A stretch of DNA of 64,000 bases from Octopus vulgaris. Lineage: Eukaryota. The position numbers and the translations under genes were made by a program. Shown here in pieces: positions 52,690-64,000 of this stretch. The notes under the pieces are model-generated. The model did not search any database and was not told the origin of the DNA. It saw only the letters and a list, made by a program, of their open reading frames with translations. Each line of letters starts with the position of its first letter. Within the stretch, counting starts at the first letter, position 1. The DNA is taken from NCBI GenBank assembly GCA_951406725.2, contig OX597820.1, positions 8,866,001-8,930,000 of the forward strand, in the 5' to 3' direction.

Positions 52690-53032
52690 TTTCAAATTTT
52701 GGTTGACAGTGTATAGAATCCTATTGGGTACTGTAGTCGCTTTTACCAGTTATTAATGCTGGCTAACCTCCGTGAGTGTATAAAAAACTCCAGTTAGTTT
52801 GATTTACTAGCCTCAGTCTATCTTCACCTCAGTAAGTCCATATGCCTCTATAGAAACTGCATGTTTACAGTAGAGAAAAAATAATGAATTTATTATAACG
52901 AGAACAGAGATTTATATCCAGTTTTATTCACGTACAGAAATGAAAAGAGGTAATTATCTGCTGAATAAAAGTGGATATAAATATCTGTTTTCCTTTATTG
53001 TGTATGTGTGTGAGTGGATCAGTATGTATGTA

Positions 53033-53072
<40 letters not shown>

Positions 53073-53252
53073 TGTATCTACGTATTGTGTATGCATAAAT
53101 GTATGTATATGTGTGTATGAAGTACATATGTATGCATGCATGTATATAAGTATACATTTATTATTCTCTTCATCATCCAATTTGAATAATTACTATATTT
53201 AGTATTAACTGAAAACATAAACAGACAACAATGACATAAACAAAACACCAAG

Positions 53253-53289
<37 letters not shown>

Positions 53290-53399
53290 AGTGCATATGT
53301 TTGTACGAGCAGAAGTGTGTGTGTCTGCACATATTAATGATCCATTTTTATTCTTCTCTGATTAATAGATATATGTGTATGTATATACATGGGTGTGAC

Positions 53400-54960
53400 T
53401 ATTTGATGATTTTGAGAAGGCTCCAGAGATAATAGAATAAGCTGACAAAACTGGTAATCTTTACATTGTCAATTTAGGAAATTGATTAGAATAGAATTAC
53501 ATAGTAAGTACAGACATGCAAGTATTGATACACTGACAAGAATAAACAGTAGAGGATTAGCTACCTATAGATGACAGGACTCAGCCCTATGTCCCTAGAA
53601 AACTCCATATTACACTAAAAGATCATAAACTTAATTTCATGAGTGACCCCTCTGTTAGATTAATTTGCCCATCTAAATTTGACATAGGCAGAATTAGCAA
53701 GAAAATCATCGATAGAGTAGTACCCAACCTGAAATCAAAAATAAGACTAGATCTGTGGTCTGATACCAGGGAGGTAATTGGGTGATTTGACTAACTAGAA
53801 GTAAATAAAGCTAGTAAATTCTTACAACTAGATACAGAAAGCTACTACACTACAATCAACCCCATCCTCCTTAATAAAGCCCTGATTTATACTAGAAATA
53901 GCTCAGATTTATCTCGTTAAGAAAGGGAAATTTTACTAGTGGCACAGGGTACGTTGGTAGATTTTGACAGGAAACTCCAGAATAGGTCTAATAGAGCAGA
54001 TGCCTTCAATATAGCAATGGGGTCATCCAACTCTGCACAAGTCACAAATTTGGTTGGAATCTATATCTTATCTCTAATCGAGTCCTCATTTCCAAACATT
54101 ATGGGAGGTCTATATAGGGAAGACATTCTATTCTTTGTGAACCAGAGTAGCAATGTAGAAGTAGGAAGGCATAAGAAACAATTCTTCAAACTCTTTAGGA
54201 ATTTCAGATTATCCATCACCATAGGAAAAGATCAGCGTAGAGTTAACTTCCTGGACACTTCATTCAGCCCAGATACAAAATTGCATGAGACTAACCCTAA
54301 CTCTAACCTTAACGATAACCTAAAATATATTAATGCACAATCTAATCAACCACCCTCTATTATATGGGTATTAGTTAGAACTATTGCAATTAGAATATCT
54401 AAACTATCTGCTAATGAGGAAATTTTAAATTTGCATGCACCCTATAACAACTCTGCTTTAGGTATGGCAGGTTACATTGAAAAAATTGAATACATACACA
54501 ACAATGATATACAAAACTCTGACAGCCACACCACTTGTAATGATATATGCAGCATGAGAACAAATGCTTACATAAATGGTACAAACACGGAACTTCCCTA
54601 CAGACCCAAAATGATTAATCATAACACAAAAGTGAGCAAAGGGGCTCTCAAGAACACACACACCCTAATTTCACTGTAACACACAACACAATAGACAACT
54701 GCAACCCCATACAACACACCAGAACCAATAAACTAAACATGAAGTATAAACAACACACTGTCCTCAGATGTCGATTGATCCATGGGTTGCATGTCTCATC
54801 AAGGATCACAAAGGAATTTTTCCCAGCTTTAGACAGGGGCTTCCCCCAATCAAGTGGGTACCATACTATACTTAACAAACACACTATGATGGTGTCATAT
54901 GCCAACTCTAGTAACTTCGAGCAACACTAACAATAGAAAATTGAACTGAGGGTTGGTTAA
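53400..54960 (+). mobile_element. Degenerate Penelope-like element (PLE) reverse transcriptase
   Basis: ITLKDHKLNFMSDPSVRLICPSKFDIGRISK, FNIAMGSSNSAQVTNLVGIYIL, GLYREDIL, VNFLD, LKYINAQSNQPP and later LNKHTMMVSY are PLE RT/thumb motifs. Multiple stops. Confidence 0.85.
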
Positions 54961-55360
54961 CCCACCCAGTAAGCCCTTAAGCAAAAGAGGGACATCCAAT
55001 ACTTGCTTAACTAGCTGAAATGAAGCGCAATGTATAGGACATACTAGTTACAACAACAAGAACAACAACTAGCAACCAAATCGTAAATAACCTGGTGAGG
55101 CTACATAGTAATATATTTCTTTATTACCCACAAGGGGCTAAACATAGAGATGACAAACAAGGACAGACAAACGGATTAAGTCAGTTACATCGACCCCAGT
55201 TGGAAACTGGTACTTTATTTATCGACCCCGAAAGGATGAAAGGCAAAGTCGACCTCGGTGGAATTTGAACTCAGAACGTAACGACAGACGAAATACGGCT
55301 ACGTATTTCGCCTGGCGTGCTAACGTTTCTGCCAGCTCGCTACATAGTAATAGTATAAGG

Positions 55361-55391
<31 letters not shown>

Positions 55392-55650
55392 GATTAACGT
55401 CTGCTTTCCATGCTAGCACGGGTTGGACGGTTCGACCAGGGTCTGGGAAGCCAGGAGGCTGCACCAGGCTCCAGTCTGATCTGGCAGTGTTTCTACAGCT
55501 GGATGCCCTTCCTAATGCCAACCACTCCGTGATGTAAATACAACAGTAACACTAGTGAGAGGTGAGGGCAGCAGCCAGACAATATAACAAATGCAGAGAT
55601 GAAACTAGCACTGGCATCCATCAATCTATGCTACTGTTGCATGTAGTAGA

Positions 55651-56026
55651 GTCCTCCACCTTGGTCGGTCTGACCAAGACCCTATCTTGCCCAGGATGTC
55701 CTCCACCTTGGTCGGTCTGACCAAGACCCTATCTTGCCCAGGATGTCCTCCACCTTGGTCGGTCTGACCAAGACCCTATCTTGCCCAGGATGTCCTCCAC
55801 CTTGGTCGGTCTGACCAAGACCCTATCTTGCCCAGGATGTCCTCCACCTTGGTCGGTCTGACCAAGACCCTATCTTGCCCAGGATGTCCTCCACCTTGGT
55901 CGGTCTGACCAAGACCCTATCTTGCCCAGGATGTCCTCCACCTTGGTCGGTCTGACCAAGACCCTATCTTGCCCAGGATGTCCTCCACCTTGGTCGGTCT
56001 GACCAAGACCCTATCTTGCCCAGGAT
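55651..56026 (+). repeat. Tandem array of 8 identical 47-bp units
   Basis: Unit GTCCTCCACCTTGGTCGGTCTGACCAAGACCCTATCTTGCCCAGGAT starting at 55651, 55698, ... 55980. Confidence 0.97.
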
Positions 56027-56576
56027 ATTAATCGTCTGGAAGCCATTCAGTGACGTGTAGCCAAGAGAATACCCTCCATCAGGCATTTGCCATATTCTGA
56101 ACACCTTACTTCCCTGGGCATGGACACATTGAAACTCTGACGTCTGGCAGCTGACTTGGCAGACACCCATAAAATTATTGACCATCTTACAAACAATAAC
56201 TCTGAGCACCTTTTCAAACTCCACCTGTCTAACACTCGTGGTCATGTTTACAAAGTCAGAAAACAGCACAGCTCCCATGACTTTCGGAAACATTTTTTCA
56301 CGCTAAGAGTTGCTGAAGCATGGAACAAACTGCCGGCATCAGTTATTAGTTGTCGGAGCACTGCATCCTTCAAAACTTCCATGCTTCCTGAGATTCGCCA
56401 ACACTACACCTGATCTTTCTCCCCTCCATACACACACAAGCATGTATCTGACTCATACACTGTTCACTTTCCAGACATTTGTACATTACTGCATATACTT
56501 TATATGCACTTTTGAAAAGGTGGTGCACCTGAGCACAGTATACAATAATTTCATTATTATTATTATTATTATTATA
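56008..56576 (+). mobile_element. 5'-truncated CR1-like LINE 3' end with (ATT)n tail
   Basis: PYLAQDINRLEAIQ...TRGHVYKVRKQ...FFTLRVAEAWNKLP. The same 3' UTR and tail recur at about 33268-33418. Confidence 0.85.
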
Positions 56577-56834
56577 AGACGCTGAATCCCAGCAAAACAT
56601 CGATGTCCCGCTGCACTCTGAGCAGGATAATCTTGGCCAGCCATAAACAGCTGGACGAATATCTTACAAGTTATTTATAAATTGAAATTATACAAGATTA
56701 TTAAATTATTATCATGGCCTACTTCATATTTTCTTAATTTAATTTAATTATTGATTAAATAATTATTTTCTCAATTAATTTAATAAAATGTATAATAGCT
56801 AATTGAAATAAATGTTATAATATATAATATATGC

Positions 56835-56891
<57 letters not shown>

Positions 56892-57090
56892 TGAAACGAC
56901 GATCCTGAAACACGTGTCCCTAGATGCAGTTTCGGCAGCCGGGGGTTGTTTGTCTCCCCTTCGTAAATGTATATAAGGACACAGGGAAAAATGTGTCAAG
57001 GCCATCAGGAGGCGTTCGATGCTTCCTAGGGCTATACAGCGGTGGTGTACCCCCTACTGTCACGTTCTTGTTAGATTGACAGTATACAAC

Positions 57091-57191
<101 letters not shown>

Positions 57192-58430
57192 TATTCCACT
57201 CATGATTAAGACTGTACAGCCAAAACAGCAGTCTTTAATGAAATAACGAATAAACAAACTTTAAGTTCTGAACTTATCAAATTCTGACCCTCATTCCATC
57301 CCTCCTCATCTCGGTTATTCACCATCCCCAACATGTCACCTATCAAGGTAGTATCTCTATTTTCAAAAGTTTAGTAACAAGGTTTTAAATTATAAGCAAT
57401 TTCTTCATTGGACACTAAACTCTGCTTGCGAACACCAGTTGAGGCAAGTGAAATCGAAGTCGAAATCAAACTCGGTGACTGGCATCTGTTGCTAGTGGAG
57501 CACTAAGAGTACCATACGAGGGAGATCATTGCCAGAGCTAGTCTTCGTGCCGATAGCACGTTAAGCACACCACTCGAGCATGATTGTTACCATGTCGCCT
57601 TACTAGCAATTGTGCTGGGGGCATGTGAAATATTCGAGCAAGGTCGGTGCCAGTGCCGCTGGACTGGCTCCTGTGCAGGTGGTATGCAAAAAGCACCATT
57701 TGGGCGTGGCCGTTGCCAGTACCACCAAACCGGCCCTTGTGCCGGTGGCACGTAAAAGCACCCACTACACTCTTGGAGCGGTTGGCGTTAGGAAGGGCAT
57801 CCAGCTGTAGAAACTCTGCCAGATCAGATTGGAATCTGGTGCAGCCATCTGGTTCGTCAGACCTCAGTCAAATCGTCCAATCCATGCCAGCATGGAAAGC
57901 GGACATTAAATGATGATGATGATGATTTTCATGAATTTAGAATAGCTTAGTAACAAATGTTAAACTACAATCTGTGTGATTTCTATAAACAAAATACGGT
58001 TAATTATATACAGCGATCAAATGTCCTGCCTCCTTCCTATCCACCAAAAAGTTGCACAAACCGCATACTTACAAAAACCATTACAGCTTGTGTGCAGATG
58101 CAGATGAAAGGCCCTGATCAAACTCTGCATCAGTTTATATTTAGTGACAGTAAATTATTTCCTTGTTGGTTTTAAATTGCTGCTAGCCAATATACTTCTG
58201 GTAGAATACCCAATTATTAATACACGAGTGTTTTTTCATTGCATGGCAATTACATTACTGAGTGTACTAAATGGGTGAGGGTAAAGAGTTATTTTACCAT
58301 TAATTTATAGAGCAATAAGAAAATGGAGGGGATCAAGAGGTGGTAGTCATCAACTTTTAGACATTATATTATGTCAGTTTATTTATTTACTGTGTATATA
58401 TATGTGTGTGTGTGTGTGTGTATGTATATA

Positions 58431-58470
<40 letters not shown>

Positions 58471-58833
58471 ATCATCATCGTTTAACATGCGTTCTCCATG
58501 CTAGCATCGGTTGGATGGTTCAACCGGGGATCTGGGAAGCCAGAAGGCTGCACCAGGCTCCAGTCTAATCTGGCAATGTTTCTACAGCTGGATGCCCTTC
58601 CTAACGCCAACCACTCCGTGAGTGTAGTGGGTGCTTTTTACGTGCCACCTGCACAGGTGCCAGGCGAGGCTGGCAACGGCCACGGTCGGATTGGTGCAAT
58701 TTACGTGCCACCGGCACGAAAGCCAGTCTAGGCGGCGCTGGCATCGGCCACGAGTCGGATAGTGCTTTTTACGTAGGGGTCCTGGCATCTGCCGGGTGCC
58801 AGTCATAGGATTGGTTCAATTCGATTTCACTTG

Positions 58834-58877
<44 letters not shown>

Positions 58878-59057
58878 GAGAGTTCATGAAAAAAACAAAA
58901 GGCGAAGACAGGTGGTGTAGAAAACAAACAGATGTATTAGTATAACGCTCAGTATTAGAAAAAGTTATTTACGTTTCTACAGAAAGGGACAAAGAAAGAA
59001 ATAAGGAGAGAAACAAGGAGAGAAAAAAATGTGTGCAGTAGCACACTTACACACATG

Positions 59058-59093
<36 letters not shown>

Positions 59094-59339
59094 TGTGTGT
59101 GTGTGCACCAGGTGTTAAAAGTAGGTGATGGAATTTCAAGAAAAGACACATAATTATATCATCATCATCATCATCATCATCGTTTAACGTCCACTTTTCA
59201 TGCCAGCATGGGTTGGACGAATGACTGAGGGCTGGCGAACCAGATGGCTGCTCTGGCAACGATCACGCTCGGATGGTGCTCTTGGCACCCTACCAGCACA
59301 AGCACAAGTGCCAGTAAGGCGACAGACAAAAGACAAAGA

Positions 59340-59900
59340 CTTCAATATTGTATAGCTTGGAGGAATTGTGTTGCAGTAGAAGAGAGTAGAAGACACCCCA
59401 GACAATTTTAAGGAACAAATATTTACAGAACAATGGCCAAGGGTATACTTTGATACTTTGATACTTTGATAGGTTTCGGCCATTATTGGCCCAGGCCATG
59501 TCTAACTTAATAGCACCACCTGGTGAAGTCTTTCAAGTCAGAATTTGGGCACTATGGCCCACTCAAGTAGAGAGTTATTGTTTACAGAGATATATCCGGG
59601 TGTAGGAGGTTTATCCGGGATTTCTTGAAGGAATCTGTCCAAAGACTTCTTGAACCCAATAGGGTCTGTTTCTGTTTTAATGTGTTTTGGTGTAATGTTA
59701 AAGAGAGCGGGGCCAATTGAGGTGGTATAGCTTTAACCAAACAGTATAGGCTGTGGGGCTTTCATTTTCAAAAGTCCTACACTAAATGTTATAGTATTCT
59801 AGTACTAAAGAACTGCTGTGGTGACGGGTGGTGGGGCTGCCTTTCATTTTCAGAGGCTTTGCTCTAAATGCTTAAGTATTTCAGTACTATATTAGTATTG
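59340..59900 (-). mobile_element. CR1/L2-group LINE 3' fragment
   Basis: Minus strand reads GPALFNITPKHIK...FKKSLDKFLQEIPDKPPTPGY...NSLLEW, followed by a UTR ending in short (TATCAAAG)n repeats. Confidence 0.65.
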
Positions 59901-60747
59901 CTCTGCCTTCAAATTTTATGAATGGCTGGGGGGAGGGAGGGGGCACTGGTACTGTTACTGCTACATCATCATCATCATCACTATCACTATCACCACTGTC
60001 ATCGAAATCATTATTTTTATCATCATCATCATGACCATGACCAGTACCATCAGAATATAACTATGTACCTCATAATCATCATCATCATCATCGTCGTCAT
60101 CGTCATCATTGTTATCATGTATGCAACAGCAGACAACAACACACTGCCATCATAATTTACATCAATTAACACTATTTTCCATTGCACCATCACAAAAATC
60201 AACTTCCCTGTCTCCTTCTTGCCACCACACACACTTCCTCTCTCTCTCTCTCTCTCTCCACCCACCTCTCCATTGCCTCCTTCTCCCCCCTCCCCACCTA
60301 CTATTAACTGTTGACATCTGACATTAATCCAGCCTCCGCCATGCCAACCTCCCCACCTCTAAAATAACTCATTATTTTCCCATTTTTCCCCTTTGCTTCT
60401 ACACAATTGTCACAATCAGAAATATTGAAAGATGCCAAACTGTTTTCTTGCAGCTATTGTCTACCTACGTACCCACTTATCTGTCTGTCTGTTCATCGAT
60501 CTACCAACCTATTTGCCTATCTCTTTAGATTTCTATATAGCTGTCTAAAGATAGGTATATATAGCGGTATTTCGTCTGCAGCTACGTTCTGAGTTCAAAT
60601 TCCACCGAGGTCGACTTTGCCCTTCATCCTTTCGGGGTCGATAAATTAAGTACCAGTTACGCACTGGGGTATAATCGACTTGATACCTATGTCTGTCCTT
60701 GTTTGTTCTCTCTGTGTTTAGCCCCTTGCCCTGGGTAGTAAGGAAAT

Positions 60748-60778
<31 letters not shown>

Positions 60779-60782
<4 letters not shown>

Positions 60783-61097
60783 CTTGATCACCTTGATCAC
60801 CTTGACCGACTAGTCCGTCGGGCGTCCATTTGACGCTGCTGGTCACAGCACGCTGTCTACTCCCCTCTGGATCGTGCCTTTCTCATCCACGTGATCCCAA
60901 TCGTCTTCCTGAAATCATAACTCCACCGTCGTGGAGGTTTCCAGGTGGTCTTTTCCGCTCACGTGGGTACCACTCGATTATCGGTGAGCCGGGCAACGTG
61001 TCCAGCCCATCTATACTTGCTGCATGTATACTCTGTGATGAGATCTCTCACGCCGGACTTCTTTCTGATGATCTCGCTACTGATGTGCTCTCTCAGT
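60779..61097 (-). mobile_element. 3' fragment of a second RTE family with a (CAAGGTGAT)n tail, inserted in (TA)n
   Basis: Minus-strand translation gives IRKKSGVRDLI...KYRWAGHVARLTD...WYPRERKRPPG. Three CAAGGTGAT-type tail units. (TA)n on both sides. Confidence 0.8.
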
Positions 61098-61099
61098 AG

Positions 61100-61140
<41 letters not shown>

Positions 61141-61419
61141 GCCATGTGGTCTGGTGGTTCCCTAACCACAGTTGCTAGATAGTGGATTTAATTTCCAGAA
61201 TGAGCAGCACATTGTGTTCTTGGGCAATGTACTTCATTTCACATTGCTCCAGTCCACTCAGCTGCAAATGGGTAATCTCGTAACTCAGAGCCTTCCAATC
61301 AGGGAGAGATGTTGACCTGTTCACTTAGGCAGCCGAGTGGCATCATTCATAAGCTAAAGTGATAAACACATTGTGACCAGCAATGTACAACAACATCTGA
61401 TAGTTTACAAATCATGTGA

Positions 61420-61464
<45 letters not shown>

Positions 61465-61931
61465 ATGCATGTACCTATTTCTTTACTACCCACAGGGGGC
61501 TAAACACAGAGAGTACAAACAAGGACAGATACAGAGATTAAGTTGAGTATATCGACCCCAGTGCGTAACTGGTACTTATTTAAACGACCCTGAAAGGATG
61601 AAAAACAAAGTTGACCTCGGCGGAATTTGAACTCAGAACATAGCGGCAGACGAAATACTGCTAGGCATTTCGCCTGGCGTGCTAACAATTCTGCCAGCTC
61701 ACCATGCTATCATGTCAGCTGTCATATGTCTAAATTTGGCCAAATGCAATTTTTTCAGTATTTAATTTTGCTTGAAATAGCCGGTTCTTTTGGTCAAACT
61801 ATCGTACCTCCAGCTGCCTCAGATGAAAACTGTCAAAACATAGTAGAACGGTTTAGCATTTTTCAAAAGTGTAGTTAGTCCCACATATGACAGTTTGGTG
61901 AAAATATTTCTCACTGAAAATATAATACATG

Positions 61932-61962
<31 letters not shown>

Positions 61963-64000
61963 GTTTAACGTCCGCTTTCCATGCTAGCATGGGTTGGACG
62001 GTTTGACTGAGGGCTGGCGAACCAGATGGCTGCACCAGGTTCCAGTCTTGATCTGGCAGAGTTTCTACAGCTGGATGCTCTTCCTAACACCAACCACTTC
62101 GAGAATGTAGTGGGTGCTTTTACATGCCACAGGCACAGAGGCCAGTCAGGCAGTACTGGCAACAACCTCGCTCGAATTTTTTACACATGCCACCAGCACA
62201 GGTGCCAGTAAGGCGATGCTGGTAACGATCACGCTTGAATGGTGCCTCCTACATTCCACTGGTGAAAATCCTCGAAGTGTCTGTTTTTTCAGCAACCGGT
62301 GGCTCCTCGGTCATTCTGTCCCTGCGTCTGCGGACAATCTGCGGCAAACAGGATGTCTCTACATGCGGGATTGTTGGGGACCACTTGTGAAATTCATATT
62401 CCCACGAAACTTCTTCCACTGCCATGGTTCAAGGTGCCTCGAGGGTGGTGGAAAAAGCCGACTCAACCCGCCCAGGGTGAATGTTGCCACAAGTACAAGT
62501 ACTCTACAGAGTGTACTGGCTGTGTTTTCCATGGCACCAACACCAGAGAGGTTGGCATACTCATCTCCTCACCCTAGCAAGGCTAATTACTTCTCAGTCT
62601 CACATTATCTTTGCTTAATTTGCCAACCACTTTAACAATTGACTGGGTGAATCTACCATTGCACCAGCACTGGTGAGGTCATCTTGTAATTCACAGGAAT
62701 AAGGAGACTGAGAGGGCAAATAAGAAAAAAAAGTTAAAATATGATGGGTGGAGAGTAGCAAAAGAGAGAGTAAGGGAGAAACGGTGTTGTTAGGGAAATG
62801 AGTAATAAGAGGAAAAGAAAAGGAAGAACAAGCAGTATCAGGATACAGATGGTAGGGTACCCCCCCACACACACACACAGACCTGTAGATATTCAGTCTA
62901 GACATCATCACAGATAATTACCTGCAAAATACAGGAGCACAACCCATCCCATTCCTCTAACTTATATAAGACAACTTTTTAAAATTCTTATTGTTTCCCT
63001 ACATTGTAAAAACCAGTTGAATAAATAAAAATCAGTTAAATAAATAAAAATTAGCTAAATAAATAAAAATTAGTTAAATAAATAAAAACTGAACTGAAAA
63101 TTCTCTTCACAGAATCAACAATATTCTACACCCATTTATCATCATCCAACTACTTTACTGTCTTCAGCCTTACATTTCCCGCCAACATTCCATGAATATT
63201 TTCCTTGCAGATAACTTAGAATAGCAAGGGCCCAGCCAGAGAATTACTTTGACTCTGGGCCAATATGTATAGCAACTAAGCTGCCAAACAAGAATTACTT
63301 TAACAGATGGTTTCAATTTATGTTATTGAGTTATACAGGATCTGCAGTTAGTATAGATAGGCCTGCTGCTAATTATAACCTTCAATATCATCTGATGGCG
63401 AAGGTTTTTTTTTTTTTACATAGATATGTGTTTTTATATTTTTGCTGTTGCTTTATTTTTGTGTTCTTAGGCATGGCTGTGCAGGTAAAAAGTTTTCTTC
63501 CTAACTACATGGCTTTAGTTTCAATTCTACTTGAAGATGGAAACTGAAAGAAGCCTATATATATGTATTGGGCCACAACCGATCATGGCCGCTGCCAGCT
63601 TCCCCTGGCACCTGTGCCAGTGGCACGTAAAAAGCACCCACTACACTCACGGAGTGGTTGGTGTTAGGAAGGGCATCCAGCAGTAGAAACACTGCCAGAT
63701 CAGATTCGAGCCTGGTGTAGCCTCCTGGTTTCCCAGACCCCAGTCGAACCGTCCAACCTGTGCTAGCACGGAAAACGGACGTTAAACAATGATGATGATG
63801 ATGATACTGACTTGATCACCTAGGTAACAGAAGCTATCAACTACTTCTAGTTTCCCCCACCCCCTGGCATGACACCAGTATCTGTCACAACTGTTATTTT
63901 ACTTGGCTTGATGGATCTTCTTCTCAAACATGACATAATGCCAAAGGTTTCAGTCATTGCCTCCGCAAGGCCCAACACTCAAAAGGAGCTTTTTATGTAC

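Noticed and set aside
55651-56026. CRISPR array (palindromic repeat)
   Set aside because: Units are contiguous and identical with no unique spacers, there are no cas genes, and the context is eukaryotic.
63013-63090. Cluster of AATAAA poly(A) signals
   Set aside because: It is a 19-bp AT-rich minisatellite of about 4 units with no upstream plus-strand gene.

Overview
This is eukaryotic, AT-rich DNA saturated with microsatellites and retroposons. The SINE/RTE repertoire and gene content point to a coleoid cephalopod, most likely Octopus (inference). Most ORF-track entries are artefacts of repeats. Three spliced host genes can be read from the sequence. (1) A complete 4-exon WDR83OS/Asterix (PAT10) gene on + (15920-24986, 110 aa). 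(2) A divergent minus-strand gene sharing its promoter, with a first exon at 15582 and a 24/38-nt microexon carrying a FFAT-like motif; its identity is unknown and it is not WDR83. (3) A convergent minus-strand 3-exon gene (42145-34710, about 208 aa) with a FAM167/LURAP-type coiled coil and an acidic tract. The rest is mobile DNA: a young 5'-truncated RTE LINE with an intact RT carrying an inserted PHD-like finger, over 20 RTE 3'-UTR copies with internal repeat-spacer arrays, three tRNA-derived SINE families, Penelope-like (PLE) RT and GIY-YIG remnants, CR1-like and R4/Dong-like fragments, Helitrons and MITEs. The most notable structures are minimal hammerhead-ribozyme motifs (one pair inside a perfect 414-bp spacer-less palindrome), hairpin-containing tandem arrays at retroposon junctions, and SINEs placing cryptic 3' splice sites ahead of consecutive exons. 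No CRISPR array, rRNA or intact tRNA gene was found.
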